Part shown: positions 1-9,821 of the stretch, in pieces
Numbering within the stretch: the first letter of the stretch is position 1
How the letters are laid out: every line of letters starts with the position of its first letter
NCBI GenBank assembly: GCA_963745075.1
Contig: CAVUWV010000008.1
Span: 320,001 to 384,000 of the forward strand
Reading direction: 5' to 3'
Source: Candidatus Hydrogenedentota bacterium
GTDB lineage: Bacteria; Hydrogenedentota; Hydrogenedentia; Hydrogenedentales; SLHB01
Length of the DNA: 64,000 nt
Notes under the pieces: generated by a model
The model's database searches: none
What the model was told of the DNA's origin: nothing
What the model saw: the letters and a program-made list of their open reading frames with translations, nothing else
Program-made: the position numbers and the translations under genes

Positions 1-732
1 GGGCGAAGGAGGGCCTCATCGACATTCTGGTGCCGACGCCGTTCTGGGCTACGGCCGACTTCGACATCCCCGTCGAGCTCTGGAGAGAACGTCTCGGAGA
101 TGCCGACGCCAACGTGATCGTCGCGCCGGGGCAAGAAATCCTGTTACGCGCGTATCCCGGCGGCCCTGCCATTGAAAACGATCTCGCGTCTACTCGCGGC
201 TTCGCGGCCGCGGCCTGGCAACGCGGTGCGGAAGCCATTTACTTGTTCAATTACATGGACCCCGCGCCCATGACGGGAGAACCCGAAGACTACCGGACCT
301 TGCTTGAAGACGGACTCGCGCGCGATGCCGTCGACCACCAACCGCGCCGGCACGTGGTCACCTATCGCGACACGGTTCCCGCAAGCGTTTCCAATAATGC
401 CCAATTGCCGAAACCCGCCAGGGAAGTCAACGAGTTCCGTATTTACTCCGGGCCAGTTCCGGAGCTCCGGTACCGCGACGCTGGTCGTCGGACTCGCAGC
501 AGCCGACGGCGTCGCGGATACGACGTTGAAGGTTTCGGCGAATGAAACACCGTGCGCGCCCGCCGCGGATCTCACGGACATGGCGTGTATGGCCGGTGTT
601 GCGCGGGCCTTGTGCTTCGCCTGTCCGATGAATGCATTGAAGGACGGTTACAACAGCTTCTCAGTGGCGCCCGAGTCGGGTGCCGACAACCAACAGATCG
701 TCTGGGTGGAACTCCAGTTCGATCCGGAATGA
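1..732 (+). CDS. C-terminal part of a glycoside-hydrolase-like protein (5' truncated by window, frameshift near 465)
   Basis: Frame from base 3 reads AKEGLIDILVPTPFW...AEAIYLFNY (resembles the end of a GH10-like/DUF187 TIM barrel). It continues in a second frame (SGTATLVVG...QQIVWVELQFDPE, ORF 304..732) as a beta-sandwich-like tail. Confidence 0.55.
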
Positions 733-813
733 TCGCTTTGGTCCTTGAAAGGACGACCCGAGCCGCTACATCCTTGAGTGAGCAGTGGTCTAAGAACAAT
801 GTCGGGGGTCACC

Positions 814-1755
814 ATGCGCACAGTCTATCTGATCGGAATCTTTGCGTCGTTCATACCGGCCGCCGCACCGGACGAAATCCTCACGCCCGTCGTTCAGGGC
901 GACTGGTGGCAGGTCGCGGGCGACCCAGACCTGGGCCAATACACCGACCCCAAGCAACAACCCGTCGACTTCGCCGTGTGGCAGGCGGCCGACGGTACCT
1001 GGCAATTGTGGTCGTGCATTCGGCACACCCAATGCGGAGGCCACACGCGCCTCTTCCACCGCTGGGAAGGCAAGAACCTGACCGACGCCGATTGGGAACC
1101 CAAGGGCATCGCCATGATGTCCGACCCGGATTTGGGCGAACCGCTGGGCGGATTACAGGCGCCCCACGTCGTGCAATGGAATGGCGTGTACTGGATGGCC
1201 TACGGCGACTGGGACGACATTTGTTTTGCCACCAGCGAAGACGGCAAGGAATTTACGAGGATTGTCCAGCCCGATGGTGAGACGGCGGTGTTCACGGAAG
1301 GTCCCGGCGTCAATACGCGCGATCCCATGCTGCTCTTCACCGGCGGGCTCTGGCACTGTTACTACACGGCCTTTCCCCACGAGCACGGCTACGACTATTG
1401 CCGCACTTCACCCGATTTGAGGACGTGGAGCAACTCCTCCGTGGTCGCCTACGGCGGCAACGCAGGCAACAATCCGTTCTCGGCGGAATGCCCCCACGTG
1501 GTCGAGGTCAACCCCGGCGCGTACTACCTGTTCCGCACGCAACGCTACGGGGAAGACGCGCAGACCTCCGTGTACCGGTCGCGCAATCCGCTGAACTTCG
1601 GCATCGACGACGATTCGTGCTTCGTGTGCACCTTGCCTATCGCCGCGCCGGAGATCGTGCTGCACGAAGGGAAGTACTACATCGCGTCACTGCTACCGAA
1701 CTTAAAAGGTATCCGTCTCGCGCGCCTCGAGTGGCTCCCGGCTAAGACCGAATAA
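814..1755 (+). CDS. Secreted five-bladed beta-propeller glycosidase-like protein (GH32/GH43 clan)
   Basis: N-terminal signal-like segment; motifs APHVV, RDP, ECP and APEIV typical of GH32/43 propellers. Confidence 0.65.
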   Translation: MRTVYLIGIFASFIPAAAPDEILTPVVQGDWWQVAGDPDLGQYTDPKQQPVDFAVWQAADGTWQLWSCIRHTQCGGHTRLFHRWEGKNLTDADWEPKGIAMMSDPDLGEPLGGLQAPHVVQWNGVYWMAYGDWDDICFATSEDGKEFTRIVQPDGETAVFTEGPGVNTRDPMLLFTGGLWHCYYTAFPHEHGYDYCRTSPDLRTWSNSSVVAYGGNAGNNPFSAECPHVVEVNPGAYYLFRTQRYGEDAQTSVYRSRNPLNFGIDDDSCFVCTLPIAAPEIVLHEGKYYIASLLPNLKGIRLARLEWLPAKTE

Positions 1756-1835
1756 CTTCCTTATCTTTCGTACTCGTACTCGCGTTCGTACTCGACAACC
1801 ACCCGTTACTTCTGTTGGATTGGAATGTCCTCCCC

Positions 1836-2663
1836 TCACAACTCCGTCAAGCCAAACATCTTCATCAGCACTCGGTCCAATAACGCCTCGGGGACGAGCC
1901 GTTTGATGAGCGGATAGCGTCGCCCGCCGCGGCCTACCCGCAGCACTCGCGGCGGATTCGGTCGGGTCGCGGCGGCGACGATTTTCCGCGCCACCCGGTT
2001 CACCGGCGCGGCGCCGTGTTGCGAAGTCTGTGCGCGCCGGACAATGTGTTCGGCAATGGACGCGTACGGAGAACCCTCGCCGACCGCAACATGTTTCGTG
2101 GACGTGTCACCGAACCGCGTCGTGACCCCACCCGGTTGAACGATCAGCATATTCACTCCAAAAGGTTTCAATTCCATGCGCGCGGACTCGGAGAGCGCAT
2201 GAAGCGCCGCCTTCGACGCGCAATAGGAACCGGCGAAAGGCGTCGTGAGAATGCCGGAAATACTCCCGATCTGAATGATGCAGCCGCGACGCTGTTCGAT
2301 CATATGCGGCGCCACCGCCTGCATCATGGCCACCGCGCCGATGACGTTCGTCTCGAGTTGCAATCGAAGTTTCTCGAGGGGCACGTCGATCATCGGACCG
2401 ATCTGGCCGAAACCGGCGTTGTTGACTAGGATGTCGATGCGGCCCGCCGCGTCCATGATGGTATCCACCGCGTCCTGAATCGATGCGGGATCGGTTACGT
2501 CAATCTGTGCCGTCTCTATGTGCGGCCCGGTCAGATCGGCGATCGATTCCGGACGCCGTGCAGACGCAATGACCCGGTGCCCCTGTGCGGCAAACTCTAC
2601 CGCCAGTGCCCGGCCAATCCCGGACGAGCATCCCGTGATTAATACGACTTGTTTGGTAGGCAT
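1836..2663 (-). CDS. Short-chain dehydrogenase/reductase
   Basis: TGCSSGIG, NNAG and YCASK motifs. The real start is probably ATG 2663 (MPTKQ); the upstream ORF extension runs through a repeat. Confidence 0.9.
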   Translation of the reverse strand: MPTKQVVLITGCSSGIGRALAVEFAAQGHRVIASARRPESIADLTGPHIETAQIDVTDPASIQDAVDTIMDAAGRIDILVNNAGFGQIGPMIDVPLEKLRLQLETNVIGAVAMMQAVAPHMIEQRRGCIIQIGSISGILTTPFAGSYCASKAALHALSESARMELKPFGVNMLIVQPGGVTTRFGDTSTKHVAVGEGSPYASIAEHIVRRAQTSQHGAAPVNRVARKIVAAATRPNPPRVLRVGRGGRRYPLIKRLVPEALLDRVLMKMFGLTEL

Positions 2664-2702
2664 GTGCAGCTTTCCTGCCTGGTTCCAGCGACGGGCAAAC
2701 CC

Positions 2703-2792
2703 AAAACGTGTGGCACAGCCGCCCTCGGCTGTGTTCTTCAAAGCAAGTGAAATCATGTACCCACAGCCGAGGGCGGCTGTTCCACACGTTTT
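2703..2792. repeat. REPIN-like inverted repeat, family A (GTGTGGCACAGCCGCCCTCGGCTGTG)
   Basis: 31-bp arms at 2703-2733 and 2762-2792 with one mismatch; each arm is internally palindromic; recurs at 31610-31761. Confidence 0.85.
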
Positions 2793-2838
2793 GCTTCTAA
2801 GATTTCGTCCCTGTCTGACCGGTTTCGGCTCCGCAGGC

Positions 2839-3534
2839 TCACGCCTCATACGGTAGCGGATCCTCGATGCCGGCTTCCTTGAATGCTTTGAGTCGCTCCA
2901 CGCAGGTGGGGCACACGCCGCAGGCCTTTTCGCCACCGCGGTAGCAGGACCACGTCTGCGCGAACAAGACGCCGAGTTCCTGGCCCAACCGCACGGAATC
3001 CGCTTTCTTCTTCTCGATAAACGGCGCACGGACGGTGACCCGTTCGCGCCGGTTCAGCGCGAGCACGGCGTTGACCCGTTCCAGAAAGTCCGTCGTGCAA
3101 TCCCAATACCCGTATTCGTCCAGGGCCTGCGCGCCGTAGAAGACTTTGGAAATCCTGTGGGCCTCGGCGTAGGCCGCGGCGATGGACAGGAGAATCATAT
3201 TGCGATTCGGCACGTAGGTCGGTGGCTGATCGAGATCCGCCGCGGCTAACTGCGAGAATTCGGGTACAGACTTGCCGCCCGCGATCAACGCCGAGACCCC
3301 GCGCACCAAGCCGCCGACAAACCCGATGTCGATGATGCGGTGTGCGTCCGCGTCTACCGCATCCGCCTGCCACCGGGCGCACTCGATTTCTTTCGAGTGG
3401 CGCTGGCCGTAGTTGAAACTCAAGACGTGGATCGGTGCGTGCTTCAGATTGCGCGCGACGTGGTGCAACAGAACCGACGAATCGATCCCGCCGCTGACGA
3501 GGACCACCGCCCCGTTCTGCGAAGTGTTACTCAT
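2839..3534 (-). CDS. queC: 7-cyano-7-deazaguanine synthase
   Basis: SGGIDS PP-loop, FNYGQRH, TYVPNRN, and C-terminal zinc site TWSCY...CGVCPTC. Confidence 0.95.
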   Translation of the reverse strand: MSNTSQNGAVVLVSGGIDSSVLLHHVARNLKHAPIHVLSFNYGQRHSKEIECARWQADAVDADAHRIIDIGFVGGLVRGVSALIAGGKSVPEFSQLAAADLDQPPTYVPNRNMILLSIAAAYAEAHRISKVFYGAQALDEYGYWDCTTDFLERVNAVLALNRRERVTVRAPFIEKKKADSVRLGQELGVLFAQTWSCYRGGEKACGVCPTCVERLKAFKEAGIEDPLPYEA

Positions 3535-3754
3535 CCCGTGAAAACCTTGTAGCGGTTAACGAAACCCTAACACGACCGCCCGTACGCAACGGGCGGTTCC
3601 GGCTCCACGTTGCCGGTTTCCCGACGGCTTTTCAACCTTGCCGTTGGTTGGGCGGCGTTCGATGGACGGATGGACGTGATGAACCGTATGGACGGTGGTT
3701 GCCTGGAACGTGGTAGTATTCGGCAGTTTCAGGTTTAGCGTCCCGGACGGGATT

Positions 3755-5044
3755 ATGGATACAACACAGGAAAACTACCGGCAAACGGTACGACAGCTCT
3801 CCGAGCGGGTGGTCGAAGCCCAACGGCCGATCCGTGTGCTCGATGCCATCAAATGGGACCCGAGTGTCCTGGTGGCGTTTTTCGAGAAGGACTGCCGTGA
3901 ACTGCCGCCGGTCGATGCCTCGTACTACGAACAACGGCCGCTCCCCTTCGATTCGGAAGCCAAGAAGCAGGAATTCCACGACATCGAGCGGGACATCCAG
4001 CGGCAGCTCGGCCAGTTCAATCCCGTCGGTGTGCTGATGCAGCGCATGTGCCGCGAGTACCGCATGGTCATCCGCATGCTGGAAACGCGGGGCACAACGG
4101 AATTCTCCGAGTTGTCGCAAAAACTCTACGGCAGCGCGGGCGACGTGTTTCACGCCGGCGACCCCACCCTCAACGACCTCGCGACGATGTTGACCGAGGC
4201 CCTTGAGAACATCGACCGCAGCGCCCTGGCCCAGAAAGAAGAGCGCACCATCGACGGCGAACAGGCCGTGGCCATCTTGCAGCAGCGGATGCGCGAATAC
4301 TTCCACGACGCCGAGCGCCATATCCGCGTCCGGCTTAGCGACGGCATTGTGGCCGACGCGGCCGCCGGCTCCGATTACATCAAGATCCGGAAAGAAGCCC
4401 GGTTCAGCGAGCGCGACCTGCGCCTGCTCGAAATCCACGAGGGGTGGGTCCACGTCGGTACCACGCTGAACGGTCTGAACCAGCCGGTCTGCACCTTCCT
4501 GAGCAAGGGGCCGCCCTCGTCCACCGTTACCCAGGAAGGGCTGGCCATCATCGCAGAGATCCTGGCGTTTGCGTCGCATCCCGCGCGGCTCCGGCGGCTG
4601 ACCAATCGGATTCGGGGCGTCCATATGGCCGAATCCGGCGCTAACTTCCTGGAAGTATTCGACTTCTACCGCCAGCAGGGGTTCTCGGACATCGAGAGCT
4701 ACACGAACACCGTACGCGTTTTCCGCGGCAGCACACCTGACGGGCCCCCGTTTACCAAGGACATCTGCTACAGCAAAGGCTTTGTGCTGGTCTACAACTA
4801 CCTGCGCCTGGCCGTGGTTCGGGGCGTGCCCGAGCGCATCCCGCTCCTGTTCTGCGGCAAGGCCACCCTGGAAGACATGCGGACACTCGCCGGGCTGCTG
4901 GACGAGGGGCTTTTGGTCGCGCCGAAGTACCTCCCGCCCGTCTTCGCCGACCTCAACGCCCTGGTCAGTTGGATGTGCTACTCCAGCTTCCTCAATCGCC
5001 TCAACCTCCAGCGCATCGAAGCCGACTACGCGCAAATCCTGTAG
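3755..5044 (+). CDS. QEGLA-motif protein (DUF1704; flavohemoglobin expression-modulating family; MATCAP-like zinc peptidase fold)
   Basis: HEGWVH (HExxxH) followed by TQEGLA, RVFRG and FTKDICY. Confidence 0.85.
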   Translation: MDTTQENYRQTVRQLSERVVEAQRPIRVLDAIKWDPSVLVAFFEKDCRELPPVDASYYEQRPLPFDSEAKKQEFHDIERDIQRQLGQFNPVGVLMQRMCREYRMVIRMLETRGTTEFSELSQKLYGSAGDVFHAGDPTLNDLATMLTEALENIDRSALAQKEERTIDGEQAVAILQQRMREYFHDAERHIRVRLSDGIVADAAAGSDYIKIRKEARFSERDLRLLEIHEGWVHVGTTLNGLNQPVCTFLSKGPPSSTVTQEGLAIIAEILAFASHPARLRRLTNRIRGVHMAESGANFLEVFDFYRQQGFSDIESYTNTVRVFRGSTPDGPPFTKDICYSKGFVLVYNYLRLAVVRGVPERIPLLFCGKATLEDMRTLAGLLDEGLLVAPKYLPPVFADLNALVSWMCYSSFLNRLNLQRIEADYAQIL

Positions 5045-5193
5045 GGCTCGCGCTGGACACGGACCACCAAAGCGCCCTTGTTCCGCCAGCCACCAGCCGA
5101 ATTTGCTCTTCCCACCCGCCATTTGCTATGCTCCCCCATTCGTGCCCTGAACCGCCTGGGTACCAAACCGTCATGTGTAAGGAGGTGAATGCA

Positions 5194-5640
5194 TTGAGAA
5201 CATACGAAGCGCTCTACATCGTCAAACCGGACAAGAATGACGATGAGATCCAGACGATAGCCAAGGACGTCGAATCTCTTGTGACGACCAACGGCGGGAC
5301 TATCGTGCGCTCGGAAATTTGGGGCAAGAGAAAACTGGCCTACGAAGTCAAGAAACAGACCGAAGGAGTCTATGTGCTGCTGCGGTTTGAGTCTCCACCC
5401 GACTTCGTAACCCGTCTCGAAAACCATTTTCGACTGTCGGACGATGTCATCCGGGATTTGGTCGTGTATTTCGACCCGCAAACCCTTCGTCTGGAAGAGG
5501 AACAAAAACAGCGCGTGGAAGCGGAGATCCGCAACAGCGCGGGGAACCGGGATCGCGACCGGGACGACGATGATGACGACGATCGCCGGCCTCCCCGGGG
5601 ACGCCGCCGCGACCGCGATGACGACGAGGACGACGAGTAA
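5194..5640 (+). CDS. rpsF: 30S ribosomal protein S6
   Basis: RTYEALYIV...WGKRKLAYEV; TTG start after SD AGGAGGTG; Arg/Asp-rich tail. Confidence 0.95.
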   Translation: MRTYEALYIVKPDKNDDEIQTIAKDVESLVTTNGGTIVRSEIWGKRKLAYEVKKQTEGVYVLLRFESPPDFVTRLENHFRLSDDVIRDLVVYFDPQTLRLEEEQKQRVEAEIRNSAGNRDRDRDDDDDDDRRPPRGRRRDRDDDEDDE

Positions 5641-5667
5641 GCCCAACCACGAGGAGGAGATAGACTC

Positions 5668-6105
5668 ATGTCGGATTTGCGCATGCCGGATCTGAACAAG
5701 GTTTTTCTGGCTGGAAGACTGACGCGCGACCCCGAATTGCGCTATCTGCCCTCGGGGATGCCCTTGTGCAAGCTGGGGTTGGCCGTTTCCAGGTTTTATA
5801 AGACGAAGGATGGCGAGAAACGCGAAGAAACGCTGTTCATCAACGTCACGGCCTGGGGCAAGACCGGCGAGTACTGCAACGAGTATCTCCGCAAGGGGCG
5901 GCCCGTCCTCGTCGAAGGGCAATTGCGCAGCAACGATTTCGTGGACAAAGAAGGCAATAAACGCACCGGCTTCGAAATCAGCGCCGATCGAATCCAGCAA
6001 ATGGACTGGGAGGATCGGGGCGGATCCTCGGGCCCGAGTTCACGTCCACAACCGCGCGAAATTGAAGAACCGATGCCGGAAGCGGAAGACGATATTCCCT
6101 TCTGA
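5668..6105 (+). CDS. ssb: Single-stranded DNA-binding protein
   Basis: [19 protein letters not shown]-terminal EDDIPF. Confidence 0.97.
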   Translation: MSDLRMPDLNKVFLAGRLTRDPELRYLPSGMPLCKLGLAVSRFYKTKDGEKREETLFINVTAWGKTGEYCNEYLRKGRPVLVEGQLRSNDFVDKEGNKRTGFEISADRIQQMDWEDRGGSSGPSSRPQPREIEEPMPEAEDDIPF

Positions 6106-6128
6106 GCGTTCGCACAGGAGAAAATGGT

Positions 6129-6395
6129 ATGGCGAGAATCACTGCAAAAGCCAAGTCCAGGGCTCGCAAGAAAAAAAAGAAGGCCCTGCAGCGCAACAAG
6201 GTCTGCCGGTTGACGGTGGACCGGGTTGTCTATATCGATTACAAAGACGTGGGCATGTTGAAACATTACGTGACCGAACGCGGCAAGATCATTCCGCGGC
6301 GGATCACGGGGGCCACGGCGCGTCACCAGCGAATGCTGACCAAGGCGATTAAGATGGCCCGGCAGATCGCGCTGTTGCCATACGTCGCCGATTAG
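6129..6395 (+). CDS. rpsR: 30S ribosomal protein S18
   Basis: IDYKDV...[12 protein letters not shown]...ARQIALLPY. Confidence 0.97.
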   Translation: MARITAKAKSRARKKKKKALQRNKVCRLTVDRVVYIDYKDVGMLKHYVTERGKIIPRRITGATARHQRMLTKAIKMARQIALLPYVAD

Positions 6396-6431
6396 GGGCG
6401 GCGCGCCCGTCGCGTCCCCAGGTTGTGGGGC

Positions 6432-7445
6432 ATGGTGCAATTCGCACTCATTTGGGTGGGCCTGCTCTTTCTGGGTGTCGCCCTTTACCCGATCTCGGTC
6501 GGTATCTATCCCATACCGGCGGCCGTACTCGTGGCACGAAACCGGTGGAAATATGCCGCGGCGATACTGGTCGCGGCTGGGATAACACCGGTCATTGGGG
6601 TCTTCCTCCATCTGTTGGTGGATTCCCTCAATACTGCCGCGACCACGCCGGACACCGGGATTCCCGAGCCGGTGCGGTTCGCGACCGGGTCGACACTTGA
6701 ATACATTGGGTTCACATGTGCCGGGATTATCGCGGGAATCGGGGTAGCCCGAATGTGGAGTTACGGACGGCTCGTCCACGTACTGACCCTGTACGTTTTT
6801 GTGCTGATGGGGCTGAGCATCCTGATTTCGTTCGACGCCTGGTCGAGTCAGGTGGGCGCCATGGCGGAAAGTTTCCGCACCGCCGTCCAGCAGCAGGCCG
6901 AACAATCCGGCACGGAAGCCGTACAGACGCAACTGGACCTGATCACGTGGGTCGAAAAGCACGCCAGTTCGTTGTTTCTGGGCGTGAACTACGCCTCCAT
7001 TTTCGTGGCCTCGTGCCTGTTTGTGTCGCTGACGCGGTTCATCCTGCGCACGCGATTCGGCGAGGCGGGTCCCATCGGGACGTTTACGCAGATGCGGCCC
7101 TCCGAGTGGCTGGTCTGGCTGGCGATTGCGTCTGCGCTCTTGTGCCTGGCGTATCACCAATGGCCCCAGCCGGCCTTGCGGTTTCTCGGGTGGAACAGTG
7201 CCCTGGCCTTGAGTGCGATATACTGCATCAACGGCCTGTCGATCCTTCTGTACGGGGTGCACGCGTTCCGGCCGAACCTGCTGATTTTCGCGCTGATTGT
7301 ATTTGTCCTAATCAACGTTGGGGCCGTTCCCCTGTTGATACTGATTGGCTTATTCGATACGTGGGGCGACTATCGTCGCAAAATCGACCTGCTCGTCGCG
7401 GCCCGGAATAAAAAGAAGGGTCCGGACGACAACGGAATGGTATAG
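6432..7445 (+). CDS. DUF2232/YybS-family membrane protein
   Basis: Multi-TM; C-terminal GLFDTWGDYRR; conserved position between rpsR and rplI. Confidence 0.8.
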   Translation: MVQFALIWVGLLFLGVALYPISVGIYPIPAAVLVARNRWKYAAAILVAAGITPVIGVFLHLLVDSLNTAATTPDTGIPEPVRFATGSTLEYIGFTCAGIIAGIGVARMWSYGRLVHVLTLYVFVLMGLSILISFDAWSSQVGAMAESFRTAVQQQAEQSGTEAVQTQLDLITWVEKHASSLFLGVNYASIFVASCLFVSLTRFILRTRFGEAGPIGTFTQMRPSEWLVWLAIASALLCLAYHQWPQPALRFLGWNSALALSAIYCINGLSILLYGVHAFRPNLLIFALIVFVLINVGAVPLLILIGLFDTWGDYRRKIDLLVAARNKKKGPDDNGMV

Positions 7446-7507
7446 TAAACGCTCGTCTTACCGGTCACGCGGGAAGCATGTGACCCCGGGAGCGAGAGGA
7501 GGACACC

Positions 7508-8074
7508 GTGAAGGTTATCCTGTGTGAGAACGTACCCAATCTGGGTGAAATGGGCGCCACGGTCAAGGTGGCCGACGGCTATGCCCGCAATTTTCTGTTG
7601 CCGCGCAAACTGGCGGTGAACGTGGACTCGAGCAGCGCCAAGCAGATCGAGCACGAAATGCGCATCATTAAGAAGCGGGAAGAGAAGGTCCGCGCCGAGC
7701 TGTCGGAAGTGGCCAAGAAACTCGCCGGCGTCACGGTCGAGATCAAGGCCAAGGCCGGCGCCGAAGATCGCATCTTCGGTTCCGTGACGACGGGCCAGAT
7801 CGCCGAAGAGCTGCGGCATCAGGGCTTCTCCGTGGACCGCAAGGCCATCTCGCTCGAAGAGCCCATCAAGTCACTCGGCATTCACACCGTCACCGTGCGG
7901 CTGATTAGCGGCGTCGACGCACCGGTCAAGGTGTGGGTGACCAAGGAAGAGACGGAAGAAGACCTTGCCGCCGCGGCCATCGCTGCTGCCGAGGCACAAG
8001 AAGCCGCGGCGGCTGCGGCCGCCGAGCCGGCGAAAGTGGTCGAGGTGCCGACGGAGGAGGAGGGCACGGAGTAA
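7508..8074 (+). CDS. rplI: 50S ribosomal protein L9
   Basis: MKVILCENVPNLG...VADGYARNFLLP, IFGSVT; Ala/Glu-rich C-terminal extension. Confidence 0.97.
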   Translation: MKVILCENVPNLGEMGATVKVADGYARNFLLPRKLAVNVDSSSAKQIEHEMRIIKKREEKVRAELSEVAKKLAGVTVEIKAKAGAEDRIFGSVTTGQIAEELRHQGFSVDRKAISLEEPIKSLGIHTVTVRLISGVDAPVKVWVTKEETEEDLAAAAIAAAEAQEAAAAAAAEPAKVVEVPTEEEGTE

Positions 8075-8075
8075 C

Positions 8076-9539
8076 GTGGCCACGCAGCGAAAGGCGCCAC
8101 CCAGTTTCGACCGGATGCCGCCGCAGAACATCGACGCGGAGCGGTCTGTTCTCGGCGCCATGCTGCTGAACTCCGAAGCCGTTGGAACCGGAATCGAGGT
8201 TCTGCGCGAGAACGCGTCGGACATCTTCTATTCCGAAAAGCACCAGCATATCTACGCGGCGATCGTTTCGCTGTACCGGAACAACACGCCCATCGACGGC
8301 GTGACGCTGGTCGAACAGCTCACGCGCGACGGCCAGTTGGACACGGTCGGCGGGCCCAGCTACATTGCCGATCTGGCGGGCGCCGTGCCGACCTCGGCCA
8401 ACGTCGAGTACTACGCCAAGATCGTGCTCGATTCCGCCGTCCTTCGCCGCGTGATCGCGGCCTGCACGCGGCTGGCGGGCGAGGCCTACGCGTTGCCGGG
8501 GGACGTGAATACCCTCCTGGACGAGGCCGAGCAGGCCATTTTCTCTATCTCCGAGACGCGCCAGCTCAACCCCATTCACAAGGTTGTCGACCTGATCCCG
8601 GACGCCATCGACCGTATCGAATCGATCATCAAATCGCACACCGGATACACCGGTCTTCCTTCGGGGTACCACCGGCTCGACGAAATGCTGTCCGGCTTTC
8701 AAGCCTCCGACATGGTGATCCTGGCCGCGCGGCCCTCCGTCGGTAAAACGGCCTTCGCGCTGAACGTCGCCAGCAACGCGGCGATTCGCGAGAAAAAATC
8801 CGTGCTCATCTTTAGCCTCGAAATGGCAAAGGAGCAGTTGGTCCAGCGCCTGTTGTGCATGGAAGGCCGGATCAATTCTAAACGGCTGCGCACCGGGTTC
8901 CTGGCGAAGTCCGAGTTTCCCAAACTCCAGGAAGCGGCGGGCAAACTGAACGCCGCGCCCATCTACATCGACGATACGCCGAACATCAGCATTCTCGAAC
9001 TGCGATCCAAAGCGCGACGGCACGCCGCGCAATACGGCGTCGATCTGCTCGTCATCGACTACTTGCAGCTCATGCGCGCGCCCGGCCGCACCGAGAGCCG
9101 TCAAACCGAGATCGCGGAGATCTCGCGATCCGTAAAAGGGATTGCGCGCGAGTTGCGCGTCCCCGTCATCGCCTTGTCGCAGCTCAGCCGTGAAGCGGAG
9201 AAAGACGACACCGGCGCGCCGAAACTGTCCCACCTCCGCGAATCGGGCGCCATCGAGCAGGACGCCGACGTGGTCATCATGCTGTCGCGTCCGCCTGCCT
9301 TCAAACGGGCCGGCGACGACGAGGAAGAGGACCCATCCCACGAAAAGTTGATTCACGTCAACATCGCCAAACAGCGCAACGGGCCAACGGGAAAGATCGA
9401 CCTGTTCTTCGACCGGAACATCCAGTTGTTCCAGGATCCCGCCCAGCCAAGTGATGCTCCGTCCTACGCGCCGCCCGGCAGCGTCGCGCCGCCGTATGAG
9501 TCCGACGAGGTTTATGAGGAAGACGACACGCCCTTCTGA
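8076..9539 (+). CDS. dnaB: Replicative DNA helicase
   Basis: PPQNIDAERSVLG, AARPSVGKT, IDYLQLM, LSQLSR, LRESGAIEQDAD; probable GTG start just after the rplI stop. Confidence 0.97.
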   Translation: MATQRKAPPSFDRMPPQNIDAERSVLGAMLLNSEAVGTGIEVLRENASDIFYSEKHQHIYAAIVSLYRNNTPIDGVTLVEQLTRDGQLDTVGGPSYIADLAGAVPTSANVEYYAKIVLDSAVLRRVIAACTRLAGEAYALPGDVNTLLDEAEQAIFSISETRQLNPIHKVVDLIPDAIDRIESIIKSHTGYTGLPSGYHRLDEMLSGFQASDMVILAARPSVGKTAFALNVASNAAIREKKSVLIFSLEMAKEQLVQRLLCMEGRINSKRLRTGFLAKSEFPKLQEAAGKLNAAPIYIDDTPNISILELRSKARRHAAQYGVDLLVIDYLQLMRAPGRTESRQTEIAEISRSVKGIARELRVPVIALSQLSREAEKDDTGAPKLSHLRESGAIEQDADVVIMLSRPPAFKRAGDDEEEDPSHEKLIHVNIAKQRNGPTGKIDLFFDRNIQLFQDPAQPSDAPSYAPPGSVAPPYESDEVYEEDDTPF

Positions 9540-9567
9540 GTGGTGTTGAAAGTTCCTCGTACTGATT

Positions 9568-9668
9568 CTCGTACGTCGTGCTCGTACTCGAATATGGGAA
9601 GAAGGGACGGCGGGTGTGGAAATCGAAGATTCGATCCTTTCGCGTTCGAGTACGAGACCGAGTACGAG
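9568..9668. repeat. Inverted pair of 6-nt periodic repeats, family D (CTCGTA/TAATCG type)
   Basis: Arms 9568-9592 and 9645-9668; related arrays at 1768-1795, 47645-47792 and 60569-60604. Confidence 0.7.
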
Positions 9669-9821
9669 TATGGGTAAATGGGATGCGCATAGTTTGTTGA
9701 CACAGTATCGGTAGCATTGCCGCCGGCAATACTCTAAAATAGACGCGGATTCACCAATTCGGGACCGAGGGTACGTGGAGCGCAGGTCCCGGCATTCAAC
9801 ACCGGCTTTTGGAGAATAACC

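Noticed and set aside
2839..3534. queC as part of a defence or DNA-modification system (QatC, Dpd)
   Set aside because: Canonical length and motifs; no qat, dpd or other modification genes nearby.
3535..3640. preQ1 riboswitch upstream of queC
   Set aside because: A small stem-loop (TAGGGTTTCGTTAACCGCTA) exists on the minus strand, but the A-rich 3' tail required for preQ1-I is missing.
9670..9821. Lysine riboswitch upstream of dapA
   Set aside because: Region is short and lacks L-box motifs; only a palindrome ATTGCCG-C-CGGCAAT of unknown role.
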